64,000 nt of DNA from Bacteroidota bacterium (GCA_040880975.1 JBBEEC010000058.1:4299-68298); one strand, 5' to 3'. Positions 1 through 9,236 are shown, counted from the stretch's first letter. Made by a program: numbers and translations. The notes: generated by a model from the letters alone, not told the origin.

Positions 1-378
1 CTTCCAACCGCCAACGATCCAAAAGTCATTTGCGGCAAAACCATGGATCCCCGCAAGGTCAAAAGTCCCTCCCCCCCCGTTATCAAGTATCGGCGTCCTG
101 ATGGGCTCGGTGATATCCGTCCATCCGCTCCCATCAAAGTGGAAAAACATATAGGTATAAGCTATTGCATGCCTGCCCACGGCGTACATGTTGTTGTATG
201 CTGTGCCCCAAATGGCGCGGATATCAACTGAGGCGCCATCAGGAGACTGTAACACGTCGACCTTGAACTTATAGGAGCGTGGATCCAGATTAATCGGCGG
301 GACCACAATGATGCCAAGGTCCTTGCAGCTGAGCGTAAGGAGAAAGATTGTCAAGATGGAATACAAGAGATGCCTCAT
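1..378 (-). CDS. Lipoprotein, probable beta-propeller; partial, runs off the window start
   Basis: Not in the ORF track because it has no stop inside the window. Manual translation from ATG 378: MRHLLYSILTIFLLTLSC (lipobox) KDLG...RAIWGTAYNNMYAVG...IHGFAANDFWIVGG, with repeated WG..xxVG blade motifs. Confidence 0.75.
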   Translation of the reverse strand, partial: MRHLLYSILTIFLLTLSCKDLGIIVVPPINLDPRSYKFKVDVLQSPDGASVDIRAIWGTAYNNMYAVGRHAIAYTYMFFHFDGSGWTDITEPIRTPILDNGGGGTFDLAGIHGFAANDFWIVGGWK

Positions 379-563
379 AGAATTCATTCGGCCTTGTGAA
401 GGTCACGTCCGGACGCGGTTGCCTTACATAGGTGAAGGCTGTTGGTGGAACGATTCGGCGTTCTTCGAATTGGAGGGATTTCAAACTACCCCGGAAAATG
501 TTAGGAAACGTCCGCCACCCTCGATACGATACACCCGTGTCTTGAAGCGACACAACCTGCCCG

Positions 564-592
564 ATGTTAAGTCATTTCAGGCTCTTTGTCAA
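564..592 (-). promoter_or_regulatory. Sigma70-type promoter for the lipoprotein gene
   Basis: Minus strand reads TTGACA-17 nt-TAACAT, about 185 nt upstream of ATG 378. Confidence 0.55.
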
Positions 593-643
593 GCGAAAAA
601 CGACGAATAGACTTAAATTCTCGATATGATGTCTGCCCTTAAC

Positions 644-1009
644 CTACATCTCTCCCACCCCAATCAGTTCACACATTCCCCAATTGTTCGCCGCCACTTC
701 TTTTAGCGCATCGACAATATCATCATTTTCCCGGATGACAAGGCAAATGGAATATGTCCTAATCGGCTCGTTATGGCCTTCAGGATAGAATCTCAACAAG
801 CCAAGAACAATCTTTGAAACAGTAGTCGCCTCAATTCCATTCTCGGCCCATAGGACAATTGCGCTGCCGAGTTTGATCGCATGTTTTTGCATAAGGCGTT
901 TTTGTAGGTCCATCACGGCTTCCTTATCACGATGGCCTTCCAAAAGCCCAAGCCCCTCCACTACATCGTAAACATGATATTCAGAAATTGTCCATGTGCC
1001 TTCAGGCAT
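644..1009 (-). CDS. Hypothetical protein
   Basis: 121-aa ORF with a GGAGG RBS upstream of the ATG; no recognised motif. Confidence 0.55.
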   Translation of the reverse strand: MPEGTWTISEYHVYDVVEGLGLLEGHRDKEAVMDLQKRLMQKHAIKLGSAIVLWAENGIEATTVSKIVLGLLRFYPEGHNEPIRTYSICLVIRENDDIVDALKEVAANNWGMCELIGVGEM

Positions 1010-1018
1010 CGACCCTCC

Positions 1019-1228
1019 CTATGTCTGAAGGATCAGTGTCAGGCCGAATGCAGCGGCGGTTGTGTGTACAAGAATGCCACATGAAACGCCGAAGGCAGAC
1101 AAGACGCCTGCTCGCCGTCCATGAGCCATGCCGCGGGTAATCACATAGATCACATCAGGGCCCGGAGCAATAATCAATGCCCATGAAACACCAAGAAATA
1201 AAACGAACTTTGTCGGTTCAATCATCAC
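1019..1228 (-). pseudogene. Truncated LysE/RhtB family translocator (N-terminal third only)
   Basis: Carries the IIAPGPDVIYVITRGMAHGRRAG signature but stops after 69 aa; the family is normally about 200 aa. Confidence 0.8.
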
Positions 1229-1264
1229 ACCCCCTCACCAAAGATCGTGGCGTTGACATCGCAG

Positions 1265-1966
1265 TTAGAGGTGTTCTATGATATTTCTGTACCCCCTCCC
1301 AATGGGAAGAGTTGTTCCATGAACCTCAATTCTCTCAGCGGTGTATGATTCTATCTTGCTCGTTGAAACTATAAAAGACCGGTGAATCCGTTTGAAGAGA
1401 TCTTTAGGCAAAAGGGCCTCGATTTCCCGGGTACTCATTTTTGAAGTGTATTCTTTTCTTGTCGTAACGATCTTAACGTATTCCCGCTGGCTTTCGATAT
1501 AGACGATCTCCGAAAACAACAGCTTTACCTTCTTCTTTTGTACACTGAGAAATATATGACCCCTCATCTCTTCGGTTCCACTTGATTTTCGTTTTCCTTC
1601 CTGCGCTGTTCTTATCTTTGTCACAGCAGTTACAAAACGCTCGAAATCAAATGGCTTCAGCAGGTAATCTATGACGTTCAGATTGAACCCCTCTACCGCA
1701 TACTGGTGATAAGCGGTGGTAACGATTACAGCAGGTGGATGTTTCAGCGTTTTGAGAAAGGCCATGCCTTTTAACTTCGGCAGATGAATATCCAAAAACA
1801 TAAGGTCGATCTCATTGCCCCGCAGATAGTCTGCAGCAAGAAGAGCATTCTTAAATGTTCCCTGTAATTCCAGAAACGGTATCTGGAAAATATAATCCGA
1901 TAACACCTTGGCCGCCAACGGTTCATCTTCAACTATGATGCAGCTGATCTTAGACATGGCTTGCAA
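1265..1966 (-). CDS. LytTR family response regulator
   Basis: REC domain (IVEDEP, FLDIHLP, DYLLKP) plus LytTR domain (IVYIES, FKRIHRSFIV). Confidence 0.95.
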   Translation of the reverse strand: MQAMSKISCIIVEDEPLAAKVLSDYIFQIPFLELQGTFKNALLAADYLRGNEIDLMFLDIHLPKLKGMAFLKTLKHPPAVIVTTAYHQYAVEGFNLNVIDYLLKPFDFERFVTAVTKIRTAQEGKRKSSGTEEMRGHIFLSVQKKKVKLLFSEIVYIESQREYVKIVTTRKEYTSKMSTREIEALLPKDLFKRIHRSFIVSTSKIESYTAERIEVHGTTLPIGRGYRNIIEHL

Positions 1967-3044
1967 GATTTACTTTTAACGTAGCCGTAAACTCCAATGT
2001 TCCTTGCTGAACCGAAAGATCATACTCTGTGTAAAGTAACTCCAATTGCCGTCTTAGGTTCGAAAGGCCGATATTTTCCTTTATGGCCAATTCCCCGGAA
2101 GGTTGTTCAGCGGAATTGCGCACCATAAATTCCAACTGCTGATGATCAGTCGAAAGATGAATGTCGATAAATGGCTGATTTCCTGTTTCAGAAACCCCGT
2201 GCTTGAACGCATTCTCCACCAAAGGAATCAGCAAAAGGGGCGGCAAAGGTCGCTTTAGATCGTCAATGTTGCTCTTAAAAGTGATGCGCAGGGAATCATC
2301 GTAACGCAGCTTTTCGAGAGCAATATAGTCTTTGATGATTTTCAATTCCTGCTCGATAGTGATGTATTCCCCCTCTGTCTCATACAGCATAAAACGGAGT
2401 ATTTTCGAGAGGCGGAGAATGGATTTCGGAGCCAGATCGGACTTATCTCTTGCCAGCGCATAGATATTGTTCAGCGTGTTGAATAAGAAATGCGGGTTCG
2501 TTTGCGCCTTGAGGTAATTCAATTCTGCGCGCTGCTTTTCGATAAGCAATTGCTGAGCAGCCTGTTTCAGCTTGTTGTGATCATAAAAGTGCCGGATAAT
2601 GCCAAAAAAGAACATCGAGAAAAAGGAAAATGGGAAGACATAAGAGACTCCTTCTAATATCGAAGGGAAGGCTCTCAGTGCAATAAAAAGATGCAACTGG
2701 ATTCCGATATGCCTCCAGGCAAACAGACCAAAGCCATAGAGCATCAATTGAATCCAAAACAGAAAAAGGAAGAACAGAATCTTAAGGACGATGTTCCTCC
2801 GGCGACCGATAAAAGGCAGCGTGTATTCAAAAAAAATAAAATTGACGGCGACGATATAGCAGGCCCGCCAGATGTTGTTCAACAATCTCGCCGGTAGATT
2901 GTCCGCGGCGTTCGCCACGTCGATCAAAAGGCCCAGCAACAAGTAGGCAAGGCCGATCCAGAGAAACAGTTGAAGTCGTTTTTTGTCGAATGGGATGGTC
3001 ATCCTGTTGTGTCGCGAGGTCAATGTCGGCAATTTTTGTTTCAT
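1950..3044 (-). CDS. LytS/YehU-type sensor histidine kinase
   Basis: N-terminal TM helices; LKAQTNPHFLFNTLNNIY, LIPLVENAFKHG and IGLSN motifs. The start may be ATG 3002. Confidence 0.95.
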   Translation of the reverse strand: MKQKLPTLTSRHNRMTIPFDKKRLQLFLWIGLAYLLLGLLIDVANAADNLPARLLNNIWRACYIVAVNFIFFEYTLPFIGRRRNIVLKILFFLFLFWIQLMLYGFGLFAWRHIGIQLHLFIALRAFPSILEGVSYVFPFSFFSMFFFGIIRHFYDHNKLKQAAQQLLIEKQRAELNYLKAQTNPHFLFNTLNNIYALARDKSDLAPKSILRLSKILRFMLYETEGEYITIEQELKIIKDYIALEKLRYDDSLRITFKSNIDDLKRPLPPLLLIPLVENAFKHGVSETGNQPFIDIHLSTDHQQLEFMVRNSAEQPSGELAIKENIGLSNLRRQLELLYTEYDLSVQQGTLEFTATLKVNLASHV

Positions 3045-3207
3045 ATCACCTTGGAGTCTACAGAATCGGGATTGTGGTATACGGATAACTCTCCGGAGTC
3101 AACCAGAAAATCGGCCGGCCGCGTATCTTATATTCATGAGCCACACGGACAAACAAGAAGCGTAATTCAGAAATATAACGAAAAACAATAAAGCGAAAGG
3201 AGAATAC

Positions 3208-4851
3208 ATGAAGGTTCACAGATTGTGCTTCCTCGTTGCAATGGCAGCTTGGTTGCTCTCCGGGCACCTTATGATGGCGGACGATGGAGCAAAAGGCAAT
3301 CTTGTCACCGTCGGGTGGCTCGAGAAGAATCTTAAAAATCCCGATGTCGTCATACTGGACGCGTCGCCTTACCGGATCCATGTGGTGAAACACATTCCAG
3401 GTTCCTTCAACCACGACATCTTCAGCTACGGCGCCAAGGAACCTCCGCTCGCGGAGATTGAAAAGCGGTACCAGGCGTGGGGGATCAGCCGGGGGAAAAC
3501 AATCGTCATCTACGATCAGGGGGGCACCTACCTGGCCACACGTCTCTTTTTCTCCCTTGATTATTATGGCTTTCCGCCAAAAGACGTTTTCATTCTGGAT
3601 GGCGGGCTCTCCAAATGGGAGGCGGAAGGATTACCGGTAACAAAGGAACCTACGCCTGCCCCGAAGAAAGGTTCTTTCACCATCAAGAAGCTCAACGAAG
3701 ATATCAAAGTTGAGTTGCCGGAATTTCTCGTCGCATCAGGAAATCCCCGCAACAATGTCTTGCTGGAAGCCCTGGAGCCAACCTGGCATTTCGGCGGACT
3801 CCAATTCCTTAGCAAACCTGGCCACATCCCCAATGCCATCATGTTGCCCGCGGCCGATTTCTACAATCCGGACAAGACCTTTAAATCCCCTGAAGAAATA
3901 AAGAAGATGCTGGCGTATCTGGGAGTCAGGCCGGAGCAGCAAGTCCTTACCCACTGCGGTGGTGGAATAGCTGCCAGTGTGCCGTTCTTCGCGCTTAGGG
4001 CCCTCCTTGACTATCCCAGGGTGAAACTCTACCCCGGCTCGCAATTGGAATGGCTGTCCGATCAACGAGAACTCCCTTTCTGGACATATGATGCCCCCTT
4101 TCTGATGAGGGAAACAGGGTGGCTGCAGAGTTGGGGCGGCAGAATGATGAGGATGTACGGCGTGTCACAGGTCAGCATCGTGGATGTGCGGTCTGCAGAT
4201 GAATTCAATCAGGGACATGTACCTTTTGCGATCAATATCCCCGCAAATGAGTTCAGGAACAATATCGCGGATCCCGACAATCTGGCGAAGATCCTGGGGC
4301 CGGCCGGGGTCGATGTTTCACATGAGGCGGTTGTGATTTCCGGCGACGGGTTGACCAAGGAATCCGCCCTTGCGTTTGTGCTGCTGGAGAGAGCAGGACA
4401 GAAGAAGGTATCGATCTTCACGGATTCTTTCGAAAAATCGTCACAAGCCGGTTTCGGGTTGACAAAGGATGTGACTGTCGTTGGCTCCCAAAAAGGACCC
4501 GGCGACCTGTCAATACCTCCCACCATGTATCCGGTGACTCTGCATAAAAACATTATCATTTCGGACCCGAAGAGCACTCAGGGACACTATCCCAAATTAT
4601 TCATCGATGCAGGTGCAGCACAGTCGAAGAGAACACAAGAGGGCAAAATTGTCCACATCCCGTACGCGGATCTCCTGAATCCTGACGGGCGGCCCAAAGC
4701 CGCGAAGGATATCTGGGATATTTTGACAAAGGCTGGCGTGTCGAGGTATGCGGAGCTCGTCTGCTTTTCCGACGATCCCGGCGAAGCGGCAGTGAATTAC
4801 TTCATTCTCAAGTTGATGGGTTTTCCCGATGTGAAAATATTGGTTTTCTGA
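3208..4851 (+). CDS. Exported multi-domain rhodanese/sulfurtransferase
   Basis: Signal-peptide-like N-terminus; several rhodanese repeats (HIPGS, GHIPNA, GHVPFA); active-site loop HCGGGIAAS; LDGGLSKW. Confidence 0.9.
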   Translation: MKVHRLCFLVAMAAWLLSGHLMMADDGAKGNLVTVGWLEKNLKNPDVVILDASPYRIHVVKHIPGSFNHDIFSYGAKEPPLAEIEKRYQAWGISRGKTIVIYDQGGTYLATRLFFSLDYYGFPPKDVFILDGGLSKWEAEGLPVTKEPTPAPKKGSFTIKKLNEDIKVELPEFLVASGNPRNNVLLEALEPTWHFGGLQFLSKPGHIPNAIMLPAADFYNPDKTFKSPEEIKKMLAYLGVRPEQQVLTHCGGGIAASVPFFALRALLDYPRVKLYPGSQLEWLSDQRELPFWTYDAPFLMRETGWLQSWGGRMMRMYGVSQVSIVDVRSADEFNQGHVPFAINIPANEFRNNIADPDNLAKILGPAGVDVSHEAVVISGDGLTKESALAFVLLERAGQKKVSIFTDSFEKSSQAGFGLTKDVTVVGSQKGPGDLSIPPTMYPVTLHKNIIISDPKSTQGHYPKLFIDAGAAQSKRTQEGKIVHIPYADLLNPDGRPKAAKDIWDILTKAGVSRYAELVCFSDDPGEAAVNYFILKLMGFPDVKILVF

Positions 4852-4912
4852 CCGTTCTTCCGGGGAAAGGAGCGAGGGGAGATTGATTTCACTCAAAGAT
4901 ACACGAAGGATT

Positions 4913-4952
4913 CCGCTCGGATTCAAGACTCGAGCCCGAGCGGTTTCTTTTC
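4913..4952 (+). terminator. Intrinsic terminator
   Basis: CCGCTCGG...CCGAGCGG stem followed by TTTCTTTT, between convergent genes. Confidence 0.6.
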
Positions 4953-4976
4953 GAGGGATCTTATCTTTGGCGACAA

Positions 4977-5873
4977 TTACTTGAGGACTCCTTGCGCTCC
5001 CAGAAAATCCCTGATAGTCTGGAAAATCTTCTTCATTTCATCGTCGGTAAATCCCCCATGCATCCCTCCCGGAATCGTCAGGAGTTCATTGCGAATCCCG
5101 GCTTTTGTCAAAGCATCATGCAGCCGTACCGCATGGGAATAGGGGACGAGCTGATCGTTGTTGCCGTGGATGGTGAGGATCGGCGACAGGCCCTTCCGCA
5201 CATAGGTCAACGGTGAAACTCGTTTTGCAACGGAAGCACCATTCTCCTGATTTCCGATCCATGAGACAGCGTATTCCTGACGGTTCGGACCGGAAAGCAA
5301 ATCGGCCACATCCGTGATGCCGAAGAAATTGACCACGGCAGCTACCTTGAGATTCAATTGCTGCGTGTCCCAGTCCTTCGGGGTGTCAAAACCCGCGCCG
5401 GGATGAAGCATTCCGGTCATCAGGGCAAGATGGCCGCCGGCGGAACCTCCGGTGACAACGATACGTGTCGTGTCGAATCCGAACTCCTTCGCATTTTTGT
5501 AAACCCAGCGCAAAGCCAGCCGGCAATCTTCGACAGCAGCCGGAGCTGGAGAAACCTTCCCTAAGCGATAGCCGACGTTCACGACGGAAAAACCCATTTC
5601 CAGGAACGGAAGAATCCCCAGCACAGCATTGTCCTTCGTTCCGGCAACCCATCCGCCCCCATGGATGTAGATAAGCGTTGGAGCCGGTGTTGCGCGGCGG
5701 GCATAGACATCCAGCTTGCATTCATAGTTGTTTGCCACGGAATAGGTGATGTTGGGTGCAACGCGATACTGTGACGAAAGGAGGGTCGTCCAGACAGCGG
5801 TTTCCGAGAGCTGGGCATGGAGAAATGGTACGAACACAAAAAAGAGAATGAGCGTGAAAGACGTGATACGCAT
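4977..5873 (-). CDS. Exported alpha/beta hydrolase (esterase/lipase, HSL/BD-FAE-like)
   Basis: HGGGW, GGSAGG nucleophile elbow, HGNND and catalytic His in MHGGF. Confidence 0.9.
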   Translation of the reverse strand: MRITSFTLILFFVFVPFLHAQLSETAVWTTLLSSQYRVAPNITYSVANNYECKLDVYARRATPAPTLIYIHGGGWVAGTKDNAVLGILPFLEMGFSVVNVGYRLGKVSPAPAAVEDCRLALRWVYKNAKEFGFDTTRIVVTGGSAGGHLALMTGMLHPGAGFDTPKDWDTQQLNLKVAAVVNFFGITDVADLLSGPNRQEYAVSWIGNQENGASVAKRVSPLTYVRKGLSPILTIHGNNDQLVPYSHAVRLHDALTKAGIRNELLTIPGGMHGGFTDDEMKKIFQTIRDFLGAQGVLK

Positions 5874-5998
5874 GAATGTGCCTCGTTGGGTTAAATGAAT
5901 ATTGTCAATAAGACGTCAGGCCTTCGTTCTGGCGCTCATGATCGGTTAACCGAAGTGTTCGATGAGGAGAGGATCCAAGGTTGGTCGTTGGAGAAGAT

Positions 5999-6775
5999 CT
6001 ACAAATGCTCGTAAAGAGTGTGAATGTCTGCCCGCGAAAGGTCCGTCAGGAAATCGGCTATTTCTTTTGTCAAGGCGTCCAGGTACCTGCGCCCCTTCTC
6101 TGCAGTGGCTTTTGAGGGGTTGCCGACACCGGTGTCATCGGTGGCCTGTGTCCATTGTCTCGGAGTCCACGCCCAGCGTTCACGAAGCGCCTTGATTCTG
6201 AAGGGGCGGGCCTTTCCGGAACCGGCCTCACTCAGAGGGAGCACAAGGTCGGGGGCAATTGCCAGCATTACGCTTGTTTCCATTTCGCCCGCATGGTCGT
6301 CTTTTGCTTCAAAGAATTGAGATTGATCGAGGATCTGCCACCAATTGACCGTGCAGAGGAACATGTCGGGGAATTGTGGCTGCAGCTCGCGGATAATTTG
6401 TTTGAAATCATTGCCGCCATGACTGTTCAGAATGACCAACTTTGGGATTTTATGACCCGAGAGCGATTCGACGATATCCTTAAGTACAGCAGCCTGCGTA
6501 CTCGGATTCATGTTCATCGTCATATGCAGATCCATTTGCCCCGTGTTCACGCCATACGGAATGGAAGGCAGAACGATGATTCTTGCTCCTTCTTCAACGG
6601 CGCGGCGGGCAGCTTCAGAAGCAACGTACTCTGACTCAATGACGTCAGTGCAAAACGGGAGGTGGTAATTGTGCGGCTCGGTGGCTCCCCAGGGAAGAAC
6701 GGCAATTTCATATTTCGATTTCTGAACGGTCTTCCATGGAAGGGTGGCGAGGTGATGAGTGAGATGCATGTTCAT
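5999..6775 (-). CDS. Creatininase family amidohydrolase
   Basis: LPWGATEPHNYHLP, NSHGGN and DHAGEMETS motifs. Start moved to ATG 6775 because the upstream extension is repeat-derived. Confidence 0.9.
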   Translation of the reverse strand: MNMHLTHHLATLPWKTVQKSKYEIAVLPWGATEPHNYHLPFCTDVIESEYVASEAARRAVEEGARIIVLPSIPYGVNTGQMDLHMTMNMNPSTQAAVLKDIVESLSGHKIPKLVILNSHGGNDFKQIIRELQPQFPDMFLCTVNWWQILDQSQFFEAKDDHAGEMETSVMLAIAPDLVLPLSEAGSGKARPFRIKALRERWAWTPRQWTQATDDTGVGNPSKATAEKGRRYLDALTKEIADFLTDLSRADIHTLYEHL

Positions 6776-6787
6776 TCCTGAGTTGGT

Positions 6788-6832
6788 ATCTGCGAAATCT
6801 GCGTCTGCGTGCAATCTGTGTTAATCGGCGGA
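6788..6832. repeat. Short degenerate ATCTGCG-type repeat tract
   Basis: atctgcgaa atctgcg tctgcgtgca atctgtgtta atcggcg in the intergenic space. Confidence 0.55.
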
Positions 6833-6837
6833 AACCC

Positions 6838-7485
6838 TCAAAGATTCTTTATCACCTTCACCACCTTCCACATGAACGTCACATCTCGTTTCTTCACCGC
6901 CATCGGCTCAAACTCGGGGTTGAGCGGTATCAGATAAACCAGATGTTCGTCGACTTTGATGCGTTTGACGGTGTCCTCGTCACTCACTCGAACGACACAG
7001 ATGTCTCCGCTCCGCGATTCCAATTTCGGACTGACAACAATGATGTCTCCGTCTTCGATCTTTGGCGCCATGCTGTTACCCTTGACCTCGAGCGCAAAGG
7101 CGGCCTTGTCATGCACGCTGTCGACCGTAATGTATTTTTCGACGTAATCGGGGTGAAACATGAGGCTCGGCGCCCCGCCTGGCACGGAGGAAAGCAGCGG
7201 GAGAGAGATCAGATCGACCTTCTTGTAACGATTCGTGGGCAACGGCAGAATTTTTTCAGAAGTTTCCTGCGAGTACATCGATCCGCTCCCAGTCAAAAGC
7301 CATTCCGGGGAAACGCCCATGATCTTGGCCAACCGCATCAAGTAATTGCCATCCGGCACCTGTTCTCCTTTTTCCCATCGTTGAAGAGTGCGCGTGGCGA
7401 CGTCCAGTTTGGCCGCTAGCCGTGCCTGATCGAAATCCTTGCTCAGCCTCGCCTGCCGAATTCTTTGAGCGATCGTTTGTTTCAT
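6838..7485 (-). CDS. XRE-family HTH / S24 peptidase repressor (LexA/CI-like)
   Basis: HTH (IAQRIRQAR...LQRWEKG...PEWLLTG); S24 Ser (GNSMAP) and Lys (TVKRI). ATG 7485 has a GGAG RBS. Confidence 0.92.
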   Translation of the reverse strand: MKQTIAQRIRQARLSKDFDQARLAAKLDVATRTLQRWEKGEQVPDGNYLMRLAKIMGVSPEWLLTGSGSMYSQETSEKILPLPTNRYKKVDLISLPLLSSVPGGAPSLMFHPDYVEKYITVDSVHDKAAFALEVKGNSMAPKIEDGDIIVVSPKLESRSGDICVVRVSDEDTVKRIKVDEHLVYLIPLNPEFEPMAVKKRDVTFMWKVVKVIKNL

Positions 7486-7497
7486 TCTCACTCCGGT

Positions 7498-7572
7498 CGA
7501 CAATAATGTCTTGGGTGTTCGCAGAAGCGACATTTATGTCGTATAATAGGCATTTATCGGAATCGAGTCAAG
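7498..7572 (-). promoter_or_regulatory. Repressor promoter with two palindromic operators
   Basis: TTGACT-17-TATTAT on the minus strand; CGACATTTATGTCG (7528-7541) and CGACAATAATGTCT (7498-7511). Confidence 0.65.
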
Positions 7573-7626
7573 TGGGCAGAAAAATAGGTAGTGTATTAAT
7601 TTCAAATCGGAAGTTCGCTGGAGGGA

Positions 7627-7734
7627 GGAAACCGTTGAAACGGTTTCCAGGAATTCCGGCGCGACTGTCATTCCCCACAACTTAAGTTGTGGGGAATCAC
7701 CCGCAACTTCTACGACGAGTCGTTTCAACGACTT
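7627..7734. repeat. Cluster of REP-like palindromes
   Basis: GGAAACCGTTGAAACGGTTTCC (7627-7648); perfect 28-bp ATTCCCCACAACTTAAGTTGTGGGGAAT (7670-7697); AGTCGTTTCAACGACT (about 7718-7733). Confidence 0.65.
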
Positions 7735-7906
7735 CCTTCCAAGAACATAGCGAAAAGGCAAACTTAGACACCACCGAAAAATACTGCGAACAGCGCATTA
7801 TTGACCCTTATCACCGATTCTGTTAAACCGGGGGCGTAAATTGGTGTCAAACGTCTGAGTTCAAAAAAGGACTTAATTCATTGTTCCACATCTTGGAGGA
7901 GTTGTC

Positions 7907-8812
7907 ATGAGGAAGATCCTGTTGGGCCTGGCTGCTGTTGCGGCTTTGGCATTGTGGGGCTGTAAATCTTCAACGGAACCGGCGGAGGACGAACTGAGCG
8001 TCCTTCAGGAGATGATCGCTTCCGATGCATTCTTCACAAGCGACAATACAATGCTCAGTGATGCAGATCAGTTCAACCTCGGCAAATCAATGGGCCACAT
8101 TCTTCCGGCGGCCTGGGGTCGCAGGGTTGATTCGGTGAGCAGGTCAGTTTCGTTTGTTCACTTTGGAGACACTGTGATCGTAGCAACGATCAATGTGACA
8201 ATGTCGGGTCAGATCAAGATCGCCGCAAAAGACTCCCTGCAAGATACAACAATCACCATCGTCAGTAAGCCGTTTACAGAAACAACGACCCGCAACGTGC
8301 GATTCTTTCGCATTGCACGAACGGATCGCCCTCGCGACAACTGGCGGTTCCGTGAAGTATCCGGTGTTGAAGGCGGAACGACGAACTCACAGATCACTTT
8401 CGAGGAGCTTGTTGCCGTTGTCGGAACCGATACTCTTACGATCACCGATCCTTCGGAATTCTATCTGAGATTTCCCGCGTTTGCCGGCCGGCATTTGCCC
8501 TCGGTTGGAGGTGCGGCAACGATCAAAGTTCGGCTCACACTCACAAGCACGGAATCTGACACAGATATGGTGTTCCTCCACCGGCCATTCCAATGGTTGA
8601 ATACCTCGGTGTTGCGCCCGGCACGGGCACGCATGACGCTGGTCTCTGAAACAGGCAGCGGCCCTTATACGCGAGTCTATGAACATTCATGGTCGGGCCA
8701 CATTCAGGGACGTCATCATTTCTTCGTGAGCGGCATCACGCGAAATTCTCTGTTTGACGATGTGGCGCCGTGGTCAACGAGACTCTGGGGAATTCCCTAT
8801 TTGGTACCGTAA
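7907..8812 (+). CDS. Hypothetical lipoprotein
   Basis: GGAG RBS; signal peptide ending LWG-C; beta-rich body. Confidence 0.8.
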   Translation: MRKILLGLAAVAALALWGCKSSTEPAEDELSVLQEMIASDAFFTSDNTMLSDADQFNLGKSMGHILPAAWGRRVDSVSRSVSFVHFGDTVIVATINVTMSGQIKIAAKDSLQDTTITIVSKPFTETTTRNVRFFRIARTDRPRDNWRFREVSGVEGGTTNSQITFEELVAVVGTDTLTITDPSEFYLRFPAFAGRHLPSVGGAATIKVRLTLTSTESDTDMVFLHRPFQWLNTSVLRPARARMTLVSETGSGPYTRVYEHSWSGHIQGRHHFFVSGITRNSLFDDVAPWSTRLWGIPYLVP

Positions 8813-8841
8813 AAAAGACACCTTGCAGTAAGAAATGCACG

Positions 8842-8876
8842 ACCCCGGTTCTTAAAAGGCCGGGGTTTCGTTTTTT
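8842..8876 (+). terminator. Intrinsic terminator
   Basis: ACCCCGGTT...GGCCGGGGT stem followed by TTCGTTTTTT. Confidence 0.7.
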
Positions 8877-8954
8877 AAGCAGATTTGACCATGTGGCAGA
8901 TTGGCACGATGGTTGCAGTTGTAGAGGAGGACCATCAATAATCAGGAAGAAGCC

Positions 8955-9104
8955 ATGCAACTCCACATTTCAACACGACCGCTGACCGAAAGGGAATGGG
9001 AGGAGATCGAAGAGGTGCTTCTTGAAGAGATGGAGATCCAACAATGGTACGGGATTACATCTTTATCCGGATTTGATGATGATATTTTTGTTCTCCTTCA
9101 GTGA
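8955..9104 (+). CDS. Small acidic hypothetical protein (49 aa)
   Basis: Below the ORF-track cutoff. AGGA RBS; MQLHISTRPLTEREWEEIEEVLLEEMEIQQWYGITSLSGFDDDIFVLLQ. Confidence 0.45.
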   Translation: MQLHISTRPLTEREWEEIEEVLLEEMEIQQWYGITSLSGFDDDIFVLLQ

Positions 9105-9236
9105 GTTTTTGAAAGCAGGGTGTTACCGGTTTGCGTTACAACCTTGGCAAGGTTAAACCTTGGAAAGATTACAAAAAGTATGCCGTAGTTTTCTTCTTTG
9201 GTTTCCAGTTGCTTCTTCCGATTTCCCCTCCTGCCC

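Noticed and set aside
290-610. ORFs 290-553 (-) and 308-610 (+)
   Set aside because: They overlap the lipoprotein start and its promoter/leader and have no RBS or motif.
6838-8812. Prophage immunity region
   Set aside because: There is no cro, integrase, replication or structural gene; the neighbours are metabolic genes.
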